64,000 bases of DNA from the human T2T-CHM13v2.0 reference genome, Homo sapiens. Below are positions 28,090-38,952 of the stretch, in pieces. The notes under the pieces were generated by a model. It ran no database searches and was not told the origin of the DNA. It saw only the letters and a program-made list of their open reading frames with translations. Numbering within the stretch: position 1 is the first letter of the stretch; the number at the start of each line of letters is the position of its first letter. The position numbers and the translations under genes are program-made. The stretch lies in the NCBI RefSeq assembly GCF_009914755.1, contig NC_060925.1; one strand, given 5' to 3'.

Positions 28090-28330
28090 TGGTGCAGCAT
28101 CATGTGAACCAGACAGACCTAGGTTCAAGTACTGTGGGCCTGCTATTTATCAGTTGTGTGACCTTGGACAATCGACTTAAGCTCTCTAAATCTCATTATC
28201 TCCTCTGTAAAATGAGGGCACTAATTCTATCCTATGCAAACAATTGTGAGGACTAGAGGAGATGAAACATATAAAGCCCCTAACAGGATTTTGGTAGATA
28301 TGGGAAGATAAAAAATGCTACTGTCATTTT
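28090..28330 (+). mobile_element. MIR
   Basis: MIR core 'tgtgtgaccttggacaatcgacttaagctctctaaatctcattatctcctctgtaaaatgagg'. Confidence 0.8.
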
Positions 28331-28991
28331 TGGATCTATTATCATAAGGAAGCAGAGTGCGTTCTATGTTATATGTATATTTAAACCTTACTTTCAAAAA
28401 TTCTCTAACCCTACAAATAATTATGTCAAGTTACAACAATGTCACAGTGTAAACTTGTACATTCACTCCTCCCCATCCCTACCACTGTCTTCTAGCCATT
28501 AGCCAGTGGCACTTACCTTCCTCTTGTGTTCCTTTTTATTGCTTGGCTTTTAACTGACTCCTTGTTCATACTTCCACCAAAATTGAGTATTTGACAAGAA
28601 AATGAATTAATGTGGTCTTTAAAACCACCAAACAAAAACCCCCACAAATTTGTTTTAACTTTGGAATAAGATTTAATAATTAATAAACAAGAAGGCTACT
28701 GGTACAACTGAGTTGGGAGCTAAATGTGTACTTAGTTTATTCATCCTCTTTTGTGTTTCAGAACCTGAATAACAGACCATTTGCTGTGATATTTATTGTT
28801 CTTCCCTGGTAACGACCTTGCTTTATGCAATTTCCAAAGTGAGCAGACATCATCTCTGCCTCTGACATCTTCCCCCAAAACAACCCCACCTTCACCCCCA
28901 CTACAAACAAACAAACAAACAAACAAATGAAAAAAGGGTTGGAAAAACACACTTGTAAGGAAAATAATAGTTCATTTGTGAAAAATATGTC

Positions 28992-29287
28992 TTTTTTTTT
29001 TTTTCTTGAGACGGAGTCTCACTCTGTTGCCCAGGCTGGATAGAATGCTGCAATCTTGGCTCACTGCAGCCTCTGCTTCCCAGGTTCAAGTGATTCTCCT
29101 GCCTCAGCCTCCCCAGTAGCTGGGATTACAAGCTTGTGCCACTAGCCCGGCTATTTTTTGTATTTTTAGTAGAGACGGGGTTTCACCATGTCAGCCAGGC
29201 TGGTCTCAAACTCCTAACCTCAAGTGATCCACCCGCCTCAGCCTCCCAAAGTGCTGGGAGTCCAGGCGTGAGCCTCCGCGCCCGGCC
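28992..29287 (-). mobile_element. AluS
   Basis: Full antisense Alu ending 'ccgcgcccggcc'. Confidence 0.95.
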
Positions 29288-29469
29288 TTTCCATTCTTAT
29301 TTGTTTGAACTTGTTGTTCTCAAGTTAGGATTTTAACAATAAACGCCATTTTCCAGTCGGGGGGAAATATTCACAGTATCTTTCCAATTAAAGGCACATT
29401 ACCTGTGAAAATCCCTTCATTTTGTAACTGAAGAAAATGAGCCTGACAGCATTTGAATATCATCTACCA

Positions 29470-29985
29470 AGTTCTTGAGTCAACCTGTTCATACATCTAA
29501 CCAATTAGGAGACCAAAATATCAACTTCAAGTTTTCTTAAAAACAGTGGACTCCGAAGGAAAAAACCTCTTTTTAAATGTGCACTTTGCATCTTTTCTTT
29601 CCTTTACTCATTCAGCCCTGGGGAATTAGAATGGGTAACTGATTGGTAAGGTGGCAAAAATGAACTGGTGTACCTGAGTCAACACTGCTCTTGGGATTAG
29701 ACCCACCTACACCTCCAGTGATCCCTCCCCCAACCAGCCTGGAGAATTGTCTCTGACTAGTGAGCACTTTCCCTAATTCTGGGTCCCGTATGATAAAGCC
29801 TGCTTGGCCAACAGCCCTAAAACCACGTCCTCCTATTCAGCCTCTCTCAGCAAATAAGGTGATATTTTGGCCTCCGTCTTATCTCCTCACCACCCCCTGC
29901 CACCATTCATTCATAAGCAGGGCAGGAAAGATAAATCACTTATTGGGTCCCCTAAGATTACACCCCTTCAGTATATTTAAATTGT
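29470..29985. promoter_or_regulatory. Candidate GATA/AP-1/KLF cis-regulatory module in unique sequence
   Basis: WGATAA at 29791, 29879 (reverse) and 29929; TGAGTCA at 29476 and 29675; CCACCCC at about 29890; reverse CCAAT at 29642. Motif evidence only. Confidence 0.3.
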
Positions 29986-29989
29986 TTTA

Positions 29990-30110
29990 GCAATATTAAT
30001 TACTAAATGATTATATTAAATGATTATTAATAATAATTACTAATGATTATTATAATCATTATTAAATAATTAATATTATTTATCATTAGGACATGATAAT
30101 ATTAATAGTA
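29990..30110. repeat. AT-rich low-complexity tract with an internal palindrome
   Basis: Repeated AATGATTA. 30041-30061 reads TAATGATTAT-T-ATAATCATTA. Confidence 0.85.
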
Positions 30111-30408
30111 AGTTTTCTAGGGACATAGCTTTTAAGGAAAGGGACGGTTTATGTTGTTATGACATAAAGCAACGTGCCCCTGAAACTTAACCTGTTTCCA
30201 TTAGAAACACAAAGCCTGTGAGCAGAATTCTCAATATGTGAGAGATGGCCAGACCAGGAGATGGTCCAAGTATCACATCTATACATTTTTAATCACCTTG
30301 GCATAAGTTTGCCAGCTGCTGATATATGCATAGGAGAGTGAGAAGATGTAAGTAGAAATAAAGAAAAGGTTGGAAGAGAACAACTATTCAAACATTTTTC
30401 ATGACATT

Positions 30409-30829
30409 TGTTAAAGATGATAGGGAAGACTTTATTCAGGAGGGACTACTGCAATGGGGATTGTGCAGTAGGAGCGAGAGGTTGGGCTCAACTTTGAATA
30501 GAACAAGGACAAGGCTGGATTTATAGCCAAGGAGAAGGGTGAAGGTCAGTGGAACATTCCTAAGAGGAAACATCAAGGCTGGAGGAAGTCTTGCTAAACA
30601 AACTCAACAGACTTCTTTTTCAAGGCAAGCCAACGTGGTATCAAGGGTGAGGGATGGGGAATTTGATCAGATACTGAGGATGACCAGATAACACAGATGG
30701 GGGATTTTTGCTAAACTGACTAAGCAGAATTCTTGCTAAAACTAGACTAAGCCCAAGATTGGGGCCTAGTCAGAAAGAGGACTCAGAGGAGCCTGGCTCA
30801 AATTTGTTCAAGGAGAAATTTATTTAACA
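30409..30829 (-). mobile_element. ERV1 solo LTR (MER31-like)
   Basis: 'gaagactttattcagg...actactgcaatgggg...atttatagccaaggagaagggtg...ctaagaggaaacatca'. TG...CA termini. Confidence 0.7.
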
Positions 30830-30889
30830 AGATTTCCTTGAATGATCATCTTTTTAACTGAGACCCTAACTTTCATCACCGTCTAAGAG

Positions 30890-32086
30890 ATTCATTTATT
30901 CAACAGTATTTTTCATTTATTCATTTAGAAAATATTGTTTACTAAGTATGTGTTATGTGCCAGGTACTGTGCTGGGCATTGAAGATACAATAGTCATTGT
31001 GACAAACCATGGCCCCAACCCTCATGAAACTGACCACCTGTGATGGGGAGACAGATAAACAAAAGAGCTACAATTTTTGGCAGCTAAGAAAAAAAACATA
31101 AGCACATAAGCAGAGAGCTATACTAGAAAATAACAGGGAAAGCTGAGCTACTTAAGATTAGGTGGTCAAAAAAGGCCACTCAGGGAAGGTAACTTTTGAA
31201 TTCAGAAATGAGAAAGAGGATATTGGTCATCTCATAAGCCCTAGGAAGAACATCATAGTCATAGGGAACAAAACTAAAAGGGCTCCAAGGCAGAGTGGAG
31301 CTGGATTATGCTGATAATGTCAGAAAGCCAGTGTGATAAGAGTCAGGGACGGGCAAGATGGGGCAAGTGCTGTGGAAAGAACAAGCCTAGTATAAGATTC
31401 TATGAGCTTTCTTAAAACATTACTCTGGTCACTGTGAGGGTGATATACCTAGGACAATAAAGAACGCAGGAGACTAGTTAGTGGTCTATTAGGCAATCTA
31501 TGCAAGAAATGAGAGTGGGATAGGGGCGATTAGAGGAAGAGAAAGAAGACAAAACAGCCTAAAGGAGAAAGGTGTTGGGGAAGGCTTACACTGCACAGTA
31601 GGTTGTCACTGGAGTAATAACTTCCAGTTATGCCTGTACCTTTCCTGAATGCTGGATTGCTACAGACAGCTACTCCATCAAGCGCAGTGTAGACACCATG
31701 CATGGGCCTGCATATAGCTTTCAGATGGACAAGAATATGGAGATCTTAAAACGTGTCAGTGAAGCCAGAAATGGGTGAAGCAATTTGTTTCACAGTCTCC
31801 ATCTCGCTCTTCCAATACGTATGTCTTGAACACTCAGTATGTGCCAGGCATTGGGGACAGAACAATGAATGGGAGAGGCAAGGTCCCTGCCCTCCTAGAA
31901 CTCACAACATTGAAGGGGACATGGATCATCAATTGGTAAACAAACACATTTGGTAATTTCAGTGGGTAACAATTCTTATGAACTACAATTGAAGCTGGGG
32001 GAGGAGATGACATTCAAGAAGCGAACTGAAGGAAGCAGGAGAACAAACCATGCAGAGATGCAGGATGAAGAGGATGGCTCCATCAA

Positions 32087-32118
<32 letters not shown>

Positions 32119-32150
32119 ACATGCAGTGCAAAGCCCCCAAGGGGCTGGGG
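30890..32150 (-). mobile_element. L2 fragments
   Basis: 'attcatttattcaaca...tatgtgccaggtactgtgctgggcattgaagataca' and 'tatgtgccaggcattggggaca'. Confidence 0.75.
32081..32122. repeat. (CAT)n trinucleotide repeat
   Basis: About 10 pure CAT units bracketed by CAA interruptions. Confidence 0.95.
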
Positions 32151-32217
32151 CCTCAGGGTTGGTGTACTCCCTTCGAAAGCTCAGACAGGCTTTCTTCTCA
32201 TTTCTTAGCATTCTATC

Positions 32218-32526
32218 TGTATCAGTCCATTCTCACACTACTATAAAGACACTACCTGAGACTGGGTAACTTATAAACGTAGGAGGTTTATTTGACTCAC
32301 AGTTCTGCATGGCTGGGGAGGCCTCAGGAAACTTACAATCATGGCAGAAGGGGAAGCAAGGATCTTCTTCTCATGGCAGCAGGAGAGAAAAGTCAGAGTG
32401 CAGGAAAAACCTGCCACTTTTAAAACCATCAGATCTCGTGAGAATTCACTCACTATCACAAGAGCAGCATGGGTGAAACCAGCCCCATAACCCATTTGGG
32501 TGGAGACACAGAGCCAAACCATATTA
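32218..32526 (-). mobile_element. MaLR solo LTR (MSTA-like) with an internal deletion
   Basis: TGTATCAGTCCATTCTCAC...GCCAAACCATATTA. Flanks CTATC/CTATT. Confidence 0.9.
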
Positions 32527-32739
32527 CTATTTAATCTCAACAATTCTAGCTTATATAAAACAGAAAGTATCCTACAGGAAGTTGGATGACTTTTGTTTTT
32601 TATAATCCCAAATGTCTTTAATTAAATATCCAAAATTCCATGACAGTCCGTGTAAGTACTTAAGCTTTATACGCAGATGAAAATTCTCAACTATTCAAGT
32701 TTAGACAGAAAAACGTGTTATTTGGGCACGCAGAAAGTG

Positions 32740-32845
32740 TGGGTGTGTGTGCACATGTGAGATAGAGAGAAAGAAAGTGAGAGAGAGAGAGAGAAATTAG
32801 AAGGAGGAAGAGAGGGAAGGAGAGAGGGAGAGAAAGAGAGATACA
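32740..32845. repeat. TG- and GA-rich simple repeat
   Basis: gtgtgt followed by a long (GA)/(GGAA) purine tract. Confidence 0.85.
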
Positions 32846-34378
32846 CAATCTCAGACCACAGTGGCTTTGTGTGTTACAGATGAAGTCATTTGCTTATAAT
32901 TGTTCAAAATAGATGTTTACCCAAGGAACTGATAGCAGCTTTGAGACACCAGTCTAACCCTGAGGTTTCTGTGTCTGCTTAGACACGTGGCAGTGACCAG
33001 GCCTGAGTGGCATTGATGAGTCCACATGACTCCTTTTCTTCTGATCCACTGTACTGGCCACCAGCCGACCCCAGACACCCTCTCCCTTACAATGGCCTGA
33101 ATTTCTGGGACTTGAAGGAAAGCACAGTAAGTTTTGGGCCAGAGTCATTTTGATAATGGAGAAGGCGATGATGCCAAGTCTGGGGACTCTGCAACTGAAC
33201 CCAGGACCAGGATTTTCAATTGAGAACTACCCTGCTCAGGAGAATTGGACAATACAGCTTCTTTTAAAAATGTCCCTTCTGTTGCCTAGAACCAAAACGA
33301 TTTACTTCCCACTTCCTACTATTTCTCCAGGGAATCTGTTCACAACAAAATTTCACTCTAAAAACAATAAGCCTTATCTTTCCCAGAAACAAATACTCTG
33401 GAGCTGCCTGTATGGACCATCTCTCAGAAAGCAGGTGCTTGATCCCAAGGAGAGGCACCATGCCAAGTGAAGTCTTAGCCATCCCATCGCCCCCTAGGCT
33501 TGGGTGTGTTTTTCATTCATGTAGGCCGGCTAGAGGCCAGCAGACTAAGCAACATGTGGCCCACACCACTCCCAGCATCCTGCCCACAGCTCTCTGGAGC
33601 AGACAGCACCCATAGTTATTTCTTGAGGCTCTGCCAAGAATGTTTTGCTGCAGCCTCCATCCAGCTTGGTGCTGGGACTGCAGCTTCACCAGGCTTTTTC
33701 CAGGCTGGCTCTGTCACTCCCCTCTGAGACATTCTAGACTCTTTCAAAATTAACCATGCCTCCCTCTATTGGACAGACCTTACATTGTCTTCATTTCAAT
33801 GAGTTCAGAATCTCTGGTACCAATAAATAAATATCTTCCCAAAGAGTCTTATTGCCACACATAGCCAGAGCCAGGAAGTATCTGGACATTACTGGCCCTG
33901 CTTCCCTCCTCTGCCTGAAGATAGGGAGCTGCTTATCTGAATAGTTTAGATCCCCTTCACTGGAGTAGTTCACTTGATCTTTGGGGGTTAACAACAGAGA
34001 GTGGTGACTGCTACCTGCAGCAAAGTCCCTGCCACAAAGAATGGAGGAGTGTCCTGACCATTATTTTAAATCAACTTATTTTGAAGAGATTTAGTAATAA
34101 GGATATCTAGCCAAAACTCTGTTTTTTATTTGGAACTCTGAAGGGAAAGTGTTTTTTAAAAACTACTTTAATAGAAACACTACAAAACAGCAAATTTTTA
34201 GATTAAAAAAAAAAACCTTTCAAAGGGATTTTGCAGGTATTACATATTTTTAAATCTCTTGTTGAAAAGACATAATGTATCTCCTGGGAAAGAACACAAG
34301 TAAATGCTTGACATGGTAAACATATGGCCGTAAAATCTATACATTCTTTCATCTTTCCATGAAAAAGAAAAGGAACAT

Positions 34379-34738
34379 TGTATTAGTCCATTTTCACACT
34401 GCTGATAAAGACATACCCAAGACTGGGAAGCAAAAGAGGCTTAATGGACTTACAGTTCCACATGGCTATAGAGGCCTCACAAACATGGCAGAAGGTAAGG
34501 AGAAACAAGTCATGTCTTACATGGATGGCGGTAGGCAAAGAGACAGCTGGTGAAGGGGAATTCCTCTTTATAAAACCATCAGATCTTGTGAGACTTACTC
34601 ACTACCATGAGAACAGCATAAGAAACCCCTGCCCCATGATTCAATTACCTCCCACTCGATCCCTCCCATGACACATGGGAATTGTGGGAATTACAACTCA
34701 AGATGTGATTTGAGTGGGGACACAGCCAAACCATATCA
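34379..34738 (-). mobile_element. THE1 (B/C-type) solo LTR
   Basis: TGTATTAGTCCATTTTCACACTGCTGATAAAGACATACCC...CCAAACCATATCA with a perfect TSD AACAT. Confidence 0.95.
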
Positions 34739-36260
34739 AACATTCTTGTCTTTTGATGTTGTCATGATGTCCCCCAAAAGAGATGTTTCCTAAGAGGTAT
34801 GTATAACAATAGAGATGAAGAATGCATAGAACAAGGGAAACTGCCTTCCCTCTCTCACTCTTCATAGTTCCATAGCCTTGGGAAATCCCATCTGCCATAG
34901 TCAACCATGCTGCCAACACCATGGGACAAGGTTCACAGAAGTAAATGGAAATTTCGGAGAAATAGAAAATGCTACTTCTTGGAAGATAATTTAAAATTAT
35001 CTCCATCTTTACCTTATTTACTTAAATAGTTATTTTAAAAAATGATATGAAATTGCCATATTTATTTGGATCTATTTCTAGACTGTCCTATTGCTCTGTC
35101 TAGTTTTCTGCCAGTACCTTATTATTTTCACTACTGTAGCTTTACCATACATTTTCCTACAAAATAGAGCTAATCTCTCTATTGTGGGAGTTTTGAGATT
35201 GATGTAGAAAAAATACAAGAACCCAGAGCCCCAAGACCGTAGCCATCCCAGGCACAAGCAAGTTGAATGTGTTCAGACATACTCTGTTAAAGTTGAATAT
35301 TTTTCTTCATAAATGAAATGTGTTCAGCTGTGGTTTGCTAAATTGATAAGAAATCACAAATGCAGTTAAGCTCCTGAATATAAGGATGTTGCATTATTAG
35401 GAAGTTAATTATATGTGTTATATGACTAGATCAAAGGGAAGAACAATGTAATCATTTCAATAATGATTAAATAAAATAACATTTGATTTAATTCCAAATC
35501 CAGGTTTTTAAACAAATTCTTAGCAAAATAGGATAGATGAACGTGATTAAAATATATGCATCTTAAACCAAAAGTCCACAGCATGCTAGCCAATGCAATT
35601 GGTTGGTAAAACTAAATAAAAGTCGTAGATATTGGAGTGACAGAGAGCGAGAGAGAGAGGGAGAGAATTTTTTTTTCAGATGATCTTATTTTACGTCCAG
35701 AAAGTCCAAGAAAAAAATGATAACAGGATAAAAGAAAATATAAAATTATTAAAAACAATTAATTCTATTTTGGTTTCTAATTTATTAATTTCTCCATATA
35801 TTTTTCCTTGGCTTTCCTTAGATTTTCTTTTCTTTTTATGGTTTTTAAACTTCTTAAGTGGGCCACATTACTTTCTTCTTTATTGTTCTGTGATGTCAAT
35901 GTTCAAGCTACGAATTTTCCTGTTAGAAAATCTCTCTTTGTATTCCGTAAATCTTTGCCACATCTCACCAATTCTAAGATGCCCTTTTCACATTTTAACA
36001 TCTCTGAGATAGAAATTTTGAAAGAATAGTATCAATTGTATCTTACTGTCACCGTGGCCAGGAAGTAATTGTCATGTAGTTGCTATTGCACAAACTCAGT
36101 TATCTCTGTTCATACTTTTGCTTCACTTGACATGCAAGTATTGTTGGTAATTGCCATTTAAAATACCTTCAAAAAGTTTTCTCTATAATTTGGCATCAAA
36201 ATTAAGTTATTGTGGGTGCAGAAATACATAGAAATAGATCAGCAGGGCACACGTTTATAT

Positions 36261-36328
36261 TAGTGATGTACACTTCCCCCTTAGAAAAGGTACTAGTGAT
36301 GTACACTTCCACCTTAGAAAGGGTACTA
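36261..36328. repeat. 33-bp tandem duplication
   Basis: TAGTGATGTACACTTCCMCCTTAGAAARGGTAC at 36261 and 36294. Confidence 0.95.
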
Positions 36329-36958
36329 CAGTTTCATATTTTCTTGCAAAGCAGCTACCAAAGGCTTTGCTTGACCTAAGAAAAGAATACATAACCAAGT
36401 AGACGAAGTTGTGTTACATTTTGTTCCTGCAATGCATGAGAAAGGATTGTCCATTACATACTAAGCAATGCAACTGAAGGAAGAAGAAAATGCCAACTCC
36501 CTTGGAACAGACAGAAGAAATTTCAAAGGAATAAGAGCTGGTATGTCTCACCCATGCATAATGCAGGACTATTGTCAAAGCATCACATATCAATTTGACC
36601 AAAAATTCAAGCCGATTTTGAACAGAGGCTGCTTAAATCTAGTTATATACAATTATTCAATAGAGAAAAAAAAAATCATGAGTTTGATCATATAAGAAAT
36701 ACTGATAAAACATCAGCATTCTTTGACATCTTTAAATTATACCGAAAATGCTAAAGGTGATAAAGAGATTAAGATAATGAGCACAGGACACCAAAGCAGC
36801 AATCACTGTTTTATAATGCTTTGCATAATTGTCATTAACCAAATTTACTATAATACTTAGCTAAAAGCCATAAGACAATACCTGAGAATGAAATGTTCCT
36901 GAAGGATGTTATTAGACATTCACAAAAATAAATAAATAAATAAATAAATAAACCATCA

Positions 36959-37338
<380 letters not shown>

Positions 37339-38597
37339 GAGTAAGTAGATAAGTAGGAGTGTTTCAGGAGGAGAAATAAGGAACAGGCATTACAAGCCAA
37401 ACAGCACAGCAAAAGTATAGGAGAATATAGAAGATGATAAACCCATTTGGAGAAAGAAAAAATTCTGTTTGAACAGGAGCTTCTACATGGCAAAGGATAT
37501 GTCAGTTTGGCCACACCCTTTAAATAGGACTGGGTGAGACGTTGGAAACTGTATAGAGATCTTCTTGGTAGTAGAGTCCCTCAGTAGCAGTACGGCCTAA
37601 ATCACACTGCTGGAGGGTCTTCCTACTTCTGATTTTATTCCTCTTTTTGTCTCCTGTGCAAGTACAGAGCGTAGTGCTTATTGGACATTGAAGAAGTATT
37701 TTTGAGTTGAAAATAAGAGTTTTGTAGCTGCAAGATTGTCCTGCAGAATGCTGAGCATGTGGAAGACCTCAATACATAGACTGAGTGGCGGCTTGATTTG
37801 CCAAAAATTTTCATGAGCTTAGTTGGCAGGATTCACTGCCAAAAATCATAAACATTTTTTTCTTCATATTGCTTGCTTTATCCATCATGCAGGTGTGTTC
37901 CCTCAGAGCCCCTCTGTAGTGCTGTGGCCTTCTCCACATTCCATGCTGCCTAGACCTCGCTTGTCTCCCTCACTGCCATTTCCTCCAATTCTGTGCCATA
38001 GTGAGTTGTTAAAATAGCAATGGCAAATGTAGCATTGCATTTCTTCTCAGCAAGGTCTCTTTGGGCATCAGCTCATTTAACTAGATTTTTGGAAAAAAAA
38101 TTGTAACATCTATACAAAATGAAGAAGTATGATTATTCGGTGACATCTTATCTTAGGTCTTCTTGTTTTTAAACAAATGCCAGAGATTATACCTTCTCCC
38201 CATCATCACTAAATAAATTAAGAAAAAACAAAATAAATATAGCTCAGTCTTTGGTTCAGGGTTAAATTGAAGCTCTTACATTAATAGGAAATACTTGAGA
38301 TGTGCATTAAAAAATATTCAAGAGTGGATGATTAATTTTTTAAGTTGGAAATGTGTATATTCAACACAAGATTGAAGATTCATAATTAGAGGCAGGAGGC
38401 ATGGTGTGAAGAGACACAGATAGATAGACAGACAGACAGACAGACATTGGCTACTTTGTAAAATATATTCTTGCTTTAGCCTTAAATAGAAATTTTGCTT
38501 ACTTAACAATAGATGTAAACAAAAAACTTTCATATTTTAAAAATTTATTTTATTATTTAGATTACTGGTGTTATCTTTGTTTTAAAGAGAATGTTCT

Positions 38598-38952
38598 GGC
38601 TGGGCGCAGTGGCTTACGCCTGTAATCTCAGCACTTTGGGAGGCTGAGGCAGGCAGATCACAAGGTCAGGAGATCGAGACCATCCTGGCCAATATGGTGA
38701 AACCCCGTCTCTAGTAAAAATATGAAAAATTAGCTGGATGTGGTAGCATGCACCTGTAGTCCCAGCTACTCAGGAGGCTATGGCAGGAGAATGGTGTGAA
38801 CCCAGGAGGCAGAGCTTGCAGTGAGCCGAGATCGCGCCACTGCACTCCAGCCTGGGCAACAGACCAAGACTCCGTCTAAAAAAAAAAAAATGAAAAGAAA
38901 AGAAAAGAAAAGAAAAGAAAAGAAAAGAAAAGAAAAGAAAAGAAAAGAAAAA
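38598..38952 (+). mobile_element. Alu (Sc8/Y-like) with (GAAAA)n tail
   Basis: 14-bp TSD AAAGAGAATGTTCT (38584-38597 / 38950-38963). Tail of about 12 GAAAA units. Confidence 0.95.

Noticed and set aside
28741-28814. Plus-strand 47-nt micro-exon candidate (tttcag|AACCTG...CCCTG|gtaacg)
   Set aside because: The acceptor is plausible but the donor is modest, the peptide is unrecognised and there are no partner exons. It cannot be supported without RNA data.
36350-36546. Plus-strand exon candidate ending CTG|GTATGT (peptide MQLKEEENANSLG...)
   Set aside because: The acceptor is weak and there is no homology, so it is compatible with chance.
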